From Podarcis filfolensis (lineage: Eukaryota), in assembly GCA_964270895.1 (NCBI GenBank), contig OZ185435.1: a stretch of DNA of 64,000 nt; one strand, given 5' to 3'. Positions within the stretch are counted from its first letter, which is position 1; every line of letters starts with the position of its first letter. The position numbers were made by a program, and so were the translations under genes. Under the pieces are notes generated by a model that ran no database searches, was not told the DNA's origin, and saw only the letters and a list, made by a program, of their open reading frames with translations. Positions 48,735 to 61,595 of this stretch are shown piece by piece.

Positions 48735-48892
48735 TAGGAACACAGGAAGCTGCTTTATATCGAATCTGACCTTCAGCCTGCCCTATACTGATTGGCAGCA
48801 GCTTTCTAGAGTTTCAGGCAGCAAATCTTTCCCAGTCCTACCTGGAGATGCCAGGGATTGAACCTGGAGCCCTCTGCCACTGAGCTATGCCC
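48735..48892 (-). mobile_element. tRNA-derived squamate SINE (Squam3-like), internally deleted
   Basis: ggaacacaggaagctgctttata...cctggagatgccagggattgaacctgg...gccactgagctatgccc (reverse-complemented A and B boxes). Confidence 0.75.
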
Positions 48893-49963
48893 TTGCCCGA
48901 CAGATCCCTCTGCCCACCTCTGCTGCAAGGGCTATGTCTTGACCATAAGTCTCCCAGTTATCGAGATAACTTCGAATGGGCTGGTTGCCAAATTTGTTGG
49001 GATCTCTCGTGCTACTTTTGTTCCCTCACCGTGGCACAAAACCCTGTCGCTCAGCAAAGACAGCTAGTAGGATTGGATTGGAACCACAGGAATTAATGAG
49101 TAGCTTCAGATCCATGGCTTCAGCTTGATATATTCTAAACAAACAGGGGAGAAGTAAGGTTGGTTACAACAAGAGAGAAAAGGCCAGAACTGTAGGTGTG
49201 TCAGGTGGGGAAGATCAGAAGCAGTGAATGCAGCCAAAGAAACAGGACTAGCCTTAATGCAGACATATTTTTAAAAAACAAGAACAGCAAATATGGTTTC
49301 TTTTCCTGACTTATTCACATTTTTCTTGGAGGGCACACAGGAGGTGAGTGTAAACGTTCTGCTTTAAAGCACTCTATCTCTATTAAAATTCAGGTGTTCA
49401 GAATCTCTCTCGGTGCAGATTTAGAGGCAATTCATAATAATTCTGTTGCAAAAACATCTCGAAGGCAACAACTACAGTGCTGCCACAACATGAGAGAAAG
49501 CCAGAACTCTGTTGGCACGGAAGGCAAGATTTTCTGGTATAGTAGAAAAGAACTAATTACTGTAATATTTCTTCCCACAGCCTTGTCTTTCCCCTGCAGA
49601 CATATTGCCTTTACAGTGTGAGAACTGATCTACCTGTTTTCAAAGCCTCACAGACTCTGCTTAACAAAATGAAGGCTTTTCGTACTTGACATTTGTGAAA
49701 GCCAGTCTATCGTTTGTATAGCTTAGGAAAGATTTGTTGTTCTTTCAGTCAAAGGCAATACGATAAAAATACAGAATGTGTGCAATTACTTACATCATGT
49801 GAAAGAATAGTGGTCTTTTGTGGGGGGGGTTGTCTTGGTAAAATTTTAGTGGCATCTCTAGTCTCACAACTAAAAGCCATCAATCAAACTCAATCCATTC
49901 AAACTGGGATAATATTTTGTTGCTCTCGTAAAGGACGTCCACTAGTTGGATCTCCACTTTTCT

Positions 49964-51147
49964 TTTCTTTTTTTTTAAATAATATTTTATTAAAATTTCA
50001 AAAGAAGTTACAAAAGTGATAAAAAAAATAGAAAAAAGAAAACAAAAAATACAAAATACAGAATAAAAAAAGAAAAAAGAAGCAATTAAAAGTAAATCCA
50101 TCTTTCAATGTCCTGCCTTTCATTTACTTGTTTCCCTGACCTCCTCACACCTCCCTTTTTTGTATTCCATTTCAAATGGTTAATTCAGCAAATCCTTTCC
50201 CTCTTTGTTTTTATCTTAATTCTTTATCTTAACATATTATAGCTTCATATTTTCATCTATTAACAATCCTTTTTTCACATATTCCTTTTTAACATTGTTG
50301 CTAAAACCGCTTCATTTCATTCCGACATCATTTTAACATTCATTAATTTTACAATGTTTCTGTAGATAATCTTTAAATTTCTTCCAATCTTCTTCCACCG
50401 ACTCTTCTCCCTGGTCTCGGATTCTGCCAGTCATTTCTGCCAGTTCCATATAGTCTATCACTTTCATCTGCCATTCTTCCAGAGTGGGTAAATCTTGTGT
50501 CTTCCAGTACTTTGCAATGCGTATTCTTGCTGCTGTTGTAGCGTACATAAAGAAAGTTCTATCCTTCTTTAACACCAATTGGCCGACCATGCCCAGGAGA
50601 AAGGCCTCTGGTTTCTTCAAGAAGGTATATTTAAATACCTTTTTCATTTCATTATATATCATCTCCCAGAAGGCCTTAATCTTTGGGCACGTCCACCAAA
50701 GGTGAAAGAATGTACCTTCACTATCTTTACATTTCCAACATTTATTATTGGGCAAATGATAGATTTTTGCAAACTTGACTGGTGTCATGTACCACCTGTA
50801 TATCATTTTCATAATATTCTCTCTTAAGGCATTACATGCCGTGAATTTCATACCTGTGGTCCACAACTGTTCCCAGTCAGCAAACATAATGTTATGTCCA
50901 ACATCTTGTGCCCATTTAATCATAGCAGATTTAACCATTTCATCCTGAGTATTCCATTTCAACAGCAAGTTATACATTCTTGATAGTATCTTAGTTTTAG
51001 GGTCTAATAGTTCTGTTTCCAATTTTGATTTTTCCACCTGGAAGCCATTTTTTTGTCCAAATTGTAAGCCTCCCTTATTTGATAATAATGAAGCCAGTCT
51101 CGCAACTTATCTTTTAGTTTCTCAAAACTCTGCAATTTCAATTTGTC
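49964..51147 (-). mobile_element. 5'-truncated L1-clade LINE (ORF2 C-terminus, 3'UTR and A-rich tail) with 17-bp TSD
   Basis: ORF 50333-51037 contains the CCHC knuckle CWKC...HLWWTC. AATAAA lies at 49991-49986 before the A-tail. TSD TGGATCTCCACTTTTCT at 49947-49963 and 51148-51164. Confidence 0.93.
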
Positions 51148-52719
51148 TGGATCTCCACTTTTCTACATTGTCAAGTTTGATGGGACTTTCAGGACAGGAC
51201 CCTCCCCCCACTCCTTCTAATAACAAACTCAGATAATGAGTGCTGCTACTGAGGTTGAAGCCAAAATGGGTCCGCTAAGAAACAAGAGGAAAGCATCAAC
51301 ATGCTTTGAAGAACTCTGAGGTTTGCAAAAGCAGATTTTTAAAAATTGCTCAAGGGGGGGGGGGGAATGCCAACCAATGAGGAGAGAGGATGCTTAGCTG
51401 CCATGGAATATAATATGTCAGGTTGGAAAAGAAAAACAGAACACATTTGGGTAGGGGGTAGTGGACTGCCCTACTTAGAGCAAATGGCTGACTAGAAACA
51501 CGAAGGGGAGCAGTCCTTTTGGGAGGGTGGATACGTGACAACATTTGCAACAGACCCAACTTGTTTATCTCTTATTTGAAAACCCAGAGCACAAACAGAT
51601 TCTAATGCAGAGCAATGGATTCCCCATGCCTACCATTTCAAAGTATAAATAATATAAAGGCAACCTAATCTGCTTTTGCTTGTCTTTTGATGTTTAGATA
51701 TTGAAATACTGGGCCCATTAACTCTTACTAGCAGCCTCATACCTGTCATTGCTTGGGAATTCCAAAAAAACCAAGGTCAGCGTAGTTTTGAAATCAGAGC
51801 AATTTTGAAAAGTTCAGTCCACCATCTTGATTCAAAATGGCATCCAATTGTATCCAAACATAGCTGGAAACCTGCTCCTTGATCTCAGGACCTGCCATGC
51901 CAAAATGTGATGTCCAAATGCATAGTTAACAAACAACTTCTCCCCACCCCCGCAAAAGTGTAGATGTGAATAGTACACATTCAGGAGATAATTGCACCAA
52001 AAAGATATGCCACCAACTTCGTCCCTAATGCTAAAAAGTAGCATTATGTTCAAAGTCCACACTCTGATGTTCTGTTTCTAATGAGAGACAGTTGTCATTC
52101 TATGAAGTATTTATAAGAACCTATGGAGAGCTAACATTCTGTTACAATCTTCTATCATCTTATGTTTTTTACTTACGCCCTGGGAGTGTTTCCACAAATA
52201 ATTCCCATGTCTAAACAAGACTTTACATGGGAAATACCTCTGTGAAAGGCACAACTTACCAAGAATTCCTGTATTCTTACATAATTCTTTCTCAAAAGTA
52301 AAAAAAGAAAGCAAAAGAAAGCAAAGCACTCATCTAAAAAAAATTCTAGGCATTTGGAAGCCTAGGAATTTCAAAATCTATTTCCAGGTCTTCATGTATA
52401 CACAATACTATTTCAATCCTTTCATTTTAGTGGGAGTGGCTTATGTGAGGCACTGCTTTTACAAACTATCTTTAATAAATAAGAAAGGAAACTATCTTTC
52501 CTTTGAATTCAGACTTGCGTAATTCCCTCTATAAAACTATTTAATTGTGTTTTTAAGAGCAACCATCTATTTAAGAGTGTTGCCTACTCAAAAGTTAAAG
52601 TAATGTATATTATAGTTCTATAAAAACACTTATAAGCGTAAAATGATGGGTTTAAAAAGAAAGAAAAAAACTCAGCAAGTCTGGCTGTCAAAAGTCAACC
52701 TGTACTGGGGAAGAAAAAA

Positions 52720-53325
52720 ACAGTTCAGTTTTGATAAGATGAGACTGCTGGCTCAGGCCAATGGCTCGTCTAGTCCAGCATCCTCTTTTCACAGTGTCAC
52801 CCAGATGCCAGTGTGGTGCCTGCAAACTGGGCATGGGCACAACAGCCGTCTCCCCACCTGTAATTCCAAGCAACTGGCATTCAGAGGCCTTATAGTGGAG
52901 GCAGTGGCTAGCAGCTGCTGATAGCATTGCCCTCTGTGAATTGGCTCCCAGTACGTTTACGAGCACAATTCAAAGTGTTGGTGCTGAGCTTTAAAGCCCC
53001 AAACAACCTCGGTCCTGTATACCTGAAGGAGCGTCTCCACCCCTATCGTTCAGCCTGGACACTGAGGTCCAGTGCCGAGGGCCTTCTGGCAGTTCCCTCA
53101 CTGCGAGAAGGAACCAGGCAGAGGGCCTTCTTGGTAGTGCCACCCACCCTGTGGAACGCCCTCCCTCCAGATGTCAAAGAGAAAAACAACTACCAGACTT
53201 TTAGAAGATATCTGAAGGCAGCCCTGTTTAGGGAAGGTTTTAATGTTTAACAGACTATTGTATTTTAATATTTTGTTGGAAGCCGCCCAGAGTGGCTGGG
53301 GAAACCCAGCCAGATGGGTGGGGCA

Positions 53326-53366
<41 letters not shown>

Positions 53367-53560
53367 GATGTTGCCATCCAACTTGGCAGCCATTACTGCC
53401 TCCTGTGGGAATGAGTTCCTTCATTTAACTATTATACTGCATGGGGCACATGGTAAGAGACTATTCTGCTGCTGTTTTGCTCAGCTTTAATTCACACCAG
53501 CATAACATCTTCTGTCACATCTACCTCAACATTACCCACCCAATAAACCCTTTCTCTGCC
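52720..53560 (-). mobile_element. Old CR1-like 3' fragment split by a younger L2 insertion (CR1 parts ~52720-52941 and ~53365-53560)
   Basis: CR1-type text runs gtggctagcagctgctgatagcattgccctctgtgaatt | L2 | ...gccatccaacttggcagccattactgcctcctgtgggaatgagttcc, continuous once the L2 is removed. Confidence 0.65.
52942..53364 (+). mobile_element. L2-clade LINE 3' end with (TAAA)n tail
   Basis: WLPVRLRAQFKVLVLSFKA.NNLGPVYLKERL...LRSS...RAFLVV.PTLWNALP...FRRYLKAALF matches the L2 ORF2 C-terminal pattern; tail at 53327-53364. Confidence 0.88.
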
Positions 53561-56500
53561 CCTTATCCTCTACTTTATCAATCCCAGTTTTTGCATACGA
53601 TCACCAAAAAAAGTCTCATGGTGCTGTTTCCACAAGTCCACCTGAATCAAAAAGTTATGCCAATGGCATGGAAAGATGCACAGACTCAGAATGTGAGGGC
53701 TGGAGTTCCACTGGCATTGAGGACTCCTTTTATCCTCCAGGGATGCCTAACTGGTGCCCCTGCAGATGTTGCTGATCTACGCTGCCCATCATCCCTGGCC
53801 ATGATGGCTGGGGCTTGTGGGAGCTGTAGTCAACGTACACAGGCAGAACTGGCTGTGGACCTCTTCCTATGTTCCTTTCATAGAGTGGGGTACTGCTACA
53901 CTGTGGATCACTTCTGCATCATTCAGGTAAAAATCAGAATGGTATGCCACATAAGAGAAGGCCTCTTGGAAACATCATCCCAAGTGGAACGGGTCTTCTG
54001 GTGCTACCTAAATAAGACCAGTAGCAAAACAGGTAACTCTGAGAAAGGTGTCTTGACCAAATTAGTGTATGAGGAGTAGGCAGCTTCTTAGCTGGATCGC
54101 ACACTTTTGTGTCCTGCAGCCACAAACTTTCCTCCAGGATTTAGCCAGCTGTGGTTTCAGAGAGAAACAATTTTAAAATAGCACTTTCATTTGCAATTAC
54201 CATGTCACTTTGCCACTTAACAGCAAGAGCCGTGCCGCAGGTCTCCGAGAAAGCCTGTTTAAGCACAATTGCAAGTTCAGCACGGCTCTCTCTAACTGAC
54301 ACACAACACTTCAAGTTAGCTGCTAATGTGTTATTGTCTATTATATAACACTGTCATTTCCCCCCACGATCTATTAATGCACAGAGCTCATTTCCATTTC
54401 ATTACAGCACTTGCACATCAGATGTGTCCTCTCTTTTCAGCCTCGTGCGCTACAGTCTACTGTATTTAACACGCAGGGGAGGGAAGACTGCTGCAACAGG
54501 CAAGAAAAGCAAGGTGGCTGGTAAAAATGGACGGGGTTCCATAAAACAATTTGACAAGTTGTGCAATGAAAGGGCACATAGGGCATTATTAAGGGATTAC
54601 ATCCAACAAGAGACACAGTTTCCTGGAATGAGGAAACAGGAAGCCTAAAGCCATGAAAATGTAGGTATCAGTATGAAGGAAGAAACTTGGTTAAGGTTCC
54701 ATTTTAATGCAAACCTACCCAGCTTAAAACTCACACTTCTCTTTTTTTGTGATGCAGTTCTGCAAACAAACAATGTGCTCAACTAAGGGGAAAGTGTGCA
54801 AAACTAAGGAGAAAGTGTGCAAAAATGTATATGTAAGTGGAAACAACATACAAAAACACATTATTTCTGGGGAAACTGCTAACTGTCCGTTCACAGCTCA
54901 GGCTAAGACATACAAATTGTGTCAATTTGCACTGGAATTCATTGAAATCAAGCACACCTAACCAGTGTTCCGCAAGAGGAATTTGGGGAACTGTGGTTTC
55001 TTTAAATTACGGTTAGTAAACTAGCCAGGAACAGACCATGGTTTCAGATGCTGGTGTGTTCTCAAATGGTAGTTTAAACAAACAACAGTTCCCCATGTTG
55101 ACACACCACAAACCACTATGGTTTGTTTAAAAAATGGGAATGTAAACTTTTCATCTCTTCCTCTGGTGCAAGAAGGAGGAGGAGGAGGAGGAGAAGGGAA
55201 TGGCTCCAAGGTTTGCACAGCTCATTCACGTAACAGGAAACCATGGTTTGCATTATGTCTGACTGGGCAATAATGAACTAAGAACAATATATTAAATGTT
55301 GACAAACAAAAAACAATTTAGAAGACTAGCACCAGATATTTGTGATAAGAGATGGATGAGTGCTGGTTGGGGGGGGGGCGTCTCTAGAAATCACAAGCTA
55401 GGCGGTGCTATTGGTATTGCCCTAATGTTCATGATATTTTACTGAGTTAGAACAAGAAGATGGATCCCTGCCCCAAGGAGATTGCAACCTACTGTACACT
55501 TTGAGACAGGACAGGCAATAGAAGAAGGGGAGGGTAAGAAAAGGCAGACAAAGGTTAACAAGGGATGAATATGCACACTGTTAAGGGTTGCGTACTTGGG
55601 ATTAAGCAGAGTATCAGTAGAGGATAGGGGATTGGGCCAAAGGCTGCATGGGAAGGGATGGGTTTTATACCATTCTTCCCCACTGTAACACTCTAGCAAC
55701 AGGCAAGATAAGTGATGTGGGCGCTTATATCTTGTGCTGTTGTCCAGAGCCTGCCACAGTCTTTAAAAAACATAGCATAGCCAGTGTAGCTTCATATTCC
55801 GCTTTCCAGAGCAGGACTATTCATCCAGGGCAAATTTCTGTCATGCTCAGGGTCTCTGATCTATGAGAAAAGCCTCGGCAAGAAGCTCATCAGGAGAACA
55901 GGATCCAAGGCTTCACACACCCCACGTACACAAAGGGTTTGTCATGGCAAAATTTAACTACTGGATTTTTGGCTGGCCAGGAGTCCAATGAGGTTTGGCA
56001 GTTTCCTTTGCTGTGCTATGGCTGCTTTCCCCCTTTCCCCATCCCCATCTTCCCCAACCAAATGCCCTCCAGGTAATTTGGTCTATAGCTCTCATCCACC
56101 CTAGCCAGTGCAGACAAGGACGGGACCTGCAGTCCAGAACACCTGGGAGTGCAGAGAGGGGAAAGGATGCCCTATCCAGTTTTGTCCTTGTCCATTAACT
56201 CCTAAGAGTTTCAACCTTATGTAGCTCAGCTGGACACTCCTGTCCACAAGGGAAGGCAAAGGCAGATGGTAGTGAGAAGTAGGGAGGACAGAAAGGAAGG
56301 AATTCTGCCCAAGCTTCTATTGCTGCTCATACAGTGGATTGCTGAAGAGCTGGTGAGAATCAGTACTGTGCTTGATGGACCAATGGTGTGAGGCAGTTTC
56401 CCATGTTCCAAAGCTCTTTGCTTGTGGCTCTTTCTAAGAAGGTAGCCACTAGCACAAAGACCAAATGCCAACTCTCTAATATAAAAAAACCCCTCCAGTT

Positions 56501-56716
56501 TCAAGCCACAGTGAATAAATTAAGTTCGCCACTCCTCTGTTTACTCTAAGTCAGTAACATGCACCCACGTATTTCCGTAATGAAACACACACAGAGCTAC
56601 AGAACTATAGCCAAAACACAAAGAAAAAAGAGGTCCCAGTCCCTAAGACATTTATTATCAAAATCACTGACAAAGCTATGCAGGCATGCTTTTTGTCAGG
56701 ATCACAGTCTCTCTCG

Positions 56717-56745
56717 ACACACACACACACACACACACACACACA
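56717..56745. repeat. (AC)n microsatellite
   Basis: Read directly. Confidence 0.95.
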
Positions 56746-57022
56746 TCAAATCCTCAAAATATATCAAAGCAAATTTCTTGCCTGTTCCTGCCTTGGTTCT
56801 TCTGCCTGCTGCAACCATGTACATGTGTAAAGCCTAAGGTGTGGCTGGTGCCAAGACTACTATCACCCTTTCCCTTCCTATTGCAATGTTGTTTCAAAAC
56901 CCCTCTGCCCAAGGTTACAAATCATACACAATTGTCCTCCTCCTCCTTAAACATACTATTACAAATCAGATAGGTGTGGGAAGAACAAGGAGAACACCAC
57001 TTTGCAGAACGTCTGCCTACCA

Positions 57023-57023
<1 letters not shown>

Positions 57024-57080
<57 letters not shown>
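57024..57080. repeat. (ATT)19 microsatellite
   Basis: Read directly; it explains the poly-Ile ORF in the track. Confidence 0.95.
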
Positions 57081-57082
<2 letters not shown>

Positions 57083-59579
57083 ATATGTATTCTTAAAGAG
57101 GGACGTGAGACAGAAAGAACAACACTCCAGCTGTCAACAAAAGGGTTTCCTTTCTTATACTAAAGAGTAACATGTTGGGTGTGATTGTTAGTAATCTCAT
57201 CATTTTTAACATTCATTACAAATGCCTTTTTTCTGCCACTCTCATTTTTCCTCATGGTTGCCAAAGTGGAAACTCTTTCAACTTGTTCTTTAACGGGGGA
57301 AACACAACTCTATGCTTAACGACAGCTTTACTCTCATGTAGCACTAATACCGGGTCTGACTCCAAGCTAATAATAAAAATTTGTTTGGGTTTCTGGCTTA
57401 ATATGCTGCTTCTGTTTGTTTACCAGTTTGGCAGGGTACTGCACATCAGCCTCCTTCACCTTCACATATGAATGGCACCATTCTTGGTTCTAGTTTTTGG
57501 TCACACTAGAGCACTGATAGCCAACATGGTAAACTTCAGATGTTGTTGGGGTTCCCAATTCTCATCACCCCAACCAGTATGGCTACCGGTTAAGCATGAC
57601 TGGAGCTGGAGTCCAGCAATGCCTAGAATGCAGCACATTGGCTACCCTTGCAGTAGGGTATGCAGGAGTTTTAGAAAGTGACCTTTCCCAGTATGGACTC
57701 TGGCTTGGAGCAAATATGCTTGGATCTTGTCAACCAAGTAAACTTCCCTCTGAGCCTGTGAAGAAAAGCAGGCATTCCCACCCACCCAAAATTTGACAGC
57801 TTCAAAAAGAAGAAAAGGACAGTGGAATTATCTGGAAAGTACAGGGACTGCAGTTGCGTTCTTTAATTACTGCATCTATTATTAGCACGCAAAGGCAATA
57901 TATCAGGCATTTTAAGGTAGGGATTATGTAAGAGAATAGAAGACTTTTAAAAGAACATCACTTTTATGTTTTCAGTGACGTTGGTAAGAAATGAGGACCT
58001 GCAGTTCTAACAGCGTCAAACTGACAAGAAAGAAAACAGGACATTTCCCTGGGAAATAGATCCACTCTGGGCAAGAGTGGGCAGATTTTATACTGGCAGT
58101 TGGCTAAGTTCTCCTCTGGCTCATCATCTTGGCAGACCGTGCAGGGGAAAGGAAGTGGTTGTTTCTCTCCTAAGGGAAAGATTCCAAATTTCAACCTTTG
58201 GTCCTATGTTGGAGGAACACACACAGTATGAGCCAATGAGGAAGTCTACTTGACTGCAGGGTAAAATGTTATGAGAGCCCATCCAATGCCAACAGTTTCT
58301 GGAATTAAATAAGGCATTCCCATACTTTTTCACATCAGTTTCTCTACAAGAAATCTCCCATCATGTGCTGTACTTCATAATGACATTCAAAGCCATATTT
58401 TTACCATCTAACAGTGCAATCTTATGCATCCCTGCTCAGAAGTATGACCCGTTGAAGTTAATGGGCATAGGGTTGCAGTATTAAAACAGCATGTATGAAA
58501 AGGATTTGAGTTTTACAGCCTGATTTACTTTCTAGTAAACATGTTGAGGATCATAAAATAAACCTGCAATGCTAGACATATATTTATTTGAAAGTAAGTT
58601 CCATAGAAACCGGTGGGTTCTATTTCTGCGTAAACATGGAAAGGGTTAGGCTGTCAAGTGTTCTTTTTCATAGGAAAAAAAGCAATTGAAATGAAACAAG
58701 GTAGATTATAGAAAAAACATTTAAAATCAATTGAAAATTCTTTAACAGTAAATCTGACTGCAATTATTTTCCTAACTGCATACAATTTTCCTTCTTACAT
58801 ACAAGATACACAAATACACAAACCAGAGTTTTCACACTAAATAGATTTATAGATCAGACTTTGCACATGCTGCTAGAAAGACTGCCATATAGATTAATTT
58901 TATTGATGTTTTTACTCCATTTCTGGATCTCCCAATCACTGAATTGACTCCAATCACGACTTCCACAGTGAGTAGACTGGTTGAGTCAGTATATGAAATA
59001 CATTCCAGAGCTGGAAAAGAGGTGGGTTCAAGGGATGGATGTCTGAGGTTTTGCAAAAAGAATAAGAAGTCTTGAAACCTTGTGGTGATGAATGATGAAT
59101 AAATTGACCTACCTCTCTACTGACTGATCTTATAAAGAATGTGTCAGAAAGTTAGTAATCAACATAAGATTACTAAGGGAAAATAAGCTTCCCCAAAGAC
59201 AACTAGTCCACCATTATAACTCTTCTCCTGAAATGCAGAGGTGTAAGAGGGAGGGTTGGGAAGGTTCTAAGGTGCAGACTCATTTTGCAATGGGCAGTGA
59301 CAAGCCCCAACTGTCCCAGGTGTTATCCTTTGTGATCTGACTGACCTAGAATGCCAACTCAAGGCTTATGTAACATGCCGAATTCCCATCAGATACAGAA
59401 GGGTGTGGAAAGAGCTCCCAAAGAACGTATATTTGAAAGCCACTGCTTTAGAACCTGACAGCTATAGTGTGATAAGTAGTGTGCAGGATAGTTATTATAT
59501 TCTAAACTTCTCAGCTTGTAGGCCTCAAATAGTAACTGAGCTAGACATCCATTCCCTTCTCCTGCCTTATTCTTGGCAT

Positions 59580-59763
59580 TTGGGAAAGTGGGGTTGTGCC
59601 TTATACAAAATCAGAGCATCAATTTGTCCAGTTTAGTATTGTCCACAGTGACAGGATGCGGCTCTCAGATGGGAATCTTCTGCAGCCCTTTTTGGAGATG
59701 CCCAGGATTGAACATAGGACTTTCTACACACAAATCATGTGCCCTGTCACTGAGCTACGGCCC
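59580..59763 (-). mobile_element. tRNA-derived squamate SINE (Squam3-like)
   Basis: gccttatacaaaatcagagcatcaatttgtccagtttagtattgtccac...ggagatgcccaggattgaac...cactgagctacggccc. Confidence 0.75.
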
Positions 59764-61344
59764 ATCTTCTTTGCAACAGACCTGACTCTTTGAATTCAGA
59801 ATAACCGGCCTCTGGATCTTGAGATAGGATATGCTGAGCTTAAGACATGGCAGGGTCAACATAGGAACCAATACTCCAAGATGCAGTATTGTTCCAAGAT
59901 TTCCCACAGTAGTTTCCCCAAACTAGATCTCCCCTAGTGTCTCACTTAGCTAAGGGCCAAACAAGGACCAAGAGACGCATCTAAGCTGAGATACCCTGGC
60001 TCTGCAGGGGCTATCCATGCTAAGAAAAACAGTACAGTTCAGGAGCAAACAGAAAGGAAACCTTCCCTTCTCTTACGTTTCAGCTTTGTTTCAGAGGTTG
60101 AGCTCTTTTTGACATATAATATCCAAAAGGGAATTAGAAATTGCTTCTTTGGAATCCAAGGGTGGGGCGCTGATTAGATGGAGCTGGCTGCTTCTCGTCA
60201 ATGATGAACTTCTGAATGTGAGAGGACAGGCAGACAAAGGAGGCGGACTTTCCACGAAGTGCTTATTAAATCATGTTTTCAGCTTGGCTCAGAAAAGTTA
60301 TACAGCACACAGTATTTACAGTTTATACAGAGCATGTTTCATTCCACAACCTTTCAAAATATCCCAAACTGCAAGCTCCCAAGCACCACCCAGCATTAGT
60401 AAGATAATAGCTTGGTGAAAAGATAGAGGTTTTCTTGTTTGCTTAAAGGACTGTGCCCATTTCAAATTCTGACAAGCATGACTCCAAATATGAAAGGTGA
60501 CTAAAGGAAGCTACAGTGTCTGACTCAAAGGGGATTAAACACTGATTTGTGCTAGTCCTAGTTACCGAATTATTTCCTGCAGGAATTCAGTAGTAAGAGA
60601 GAGTGTTGCTATTGTTCTGTTGAGTTTCCAGTTAGGGAAGTATTTTGCTTACTGTTTCTTTCCTGTTATTATATTATGGATCTATCTGAGAACAGGAGAA
60701 GAGAAAGCACAGCGGAGAACAGCCACAGTAGATATTCTTCTTTAAAGGAAGCCCCCCCCTTTTTTTTGGCAACAACAGCTGAGACTTGTGACACCTAAAA
60801 CACCAACAAATTGACTGTGGCATAAACTTTCACAGACTACTAGAAACCACATCACTACAGGCACCTGACAATTGCCCATGCAAAGTGGCTTACAATAATA
60901 AGAACAACAGCAACAAAATGCAAACAATGCTTCAAACAGCTCATCCCATCTCAAAAACAAGAGCCAGTAAAGCATAATTAAAAATAGCCGCAGTTCATCC
61001 AATAAGCATCATTGCCGGAAGGTCAGTTGAAAAAGAAAAGTCTTCAAGGCCTTCTAAAAACCACACAATGGAAGTGTGAATTCCAAAACTGCAGGGAGGC
61101 ATGGGGTCACCAAATGAAAGGCCCTCTCCTTTTAGTGACAGATTCTAGTGGTGGACAAAAATGCCCCCCAAATCTCTCTATTTGCCCTAGGAAAGAAGAT
61201 GGTAGTGATGCAAATAGCAGCTTCTGGACAAAAAGCAGCTGGGGGAAGCTATTTCCATCCACTCTCCCTACCTCTGTGCCACATTGCCCATCTGGATTGC
61301 ACCTGCAGAATCACCAAACAGCAAAAACACCCAACAGGCAAATG

Positions 61345-61595
61345 TGAAGACATGTTTAATGCCAATGAACATTGGGGGTGATATGCCTCTGACTCCCAGT
61401 TGTTGAGGAGCACAGGCAGGGAGAGTGTCATGGCACCAATATCCTGCTTGTGGGCTACCCCAAAGCATTATTTAATTGTCCATGCAGTTTGACCCTCAGG
61501 TTCATGCCATGAAGCCCTGACAGTAAGTTCAGAGCAGGAACTGGGAAATGCTTCTTCACACAACACCAAATTAACTGATGGAATTTACTCTCCTC
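61345..61595 (+). mobile_element. CR1-like 3' remnants
   Basis: atatgcctctgactcccagttg...cctgcttgtgggctacccc and aatgcttcttcacacaac...aattaactgatggaatttactc (FFTQR.IN.WN.LP-like). Confidence 0.5.

Noticed and set aside
50333-51037. 234-aa ORF as a host gene
   Set aside because: It is the C-terminus of L1 ORF2 within a TSD-bounded insertion.
53441-54079. 212-aa ORF on the + strand
   Set aside because: It spans CR1 and MITE remnants, has non-coding-like composition and shows no recognisable domain.
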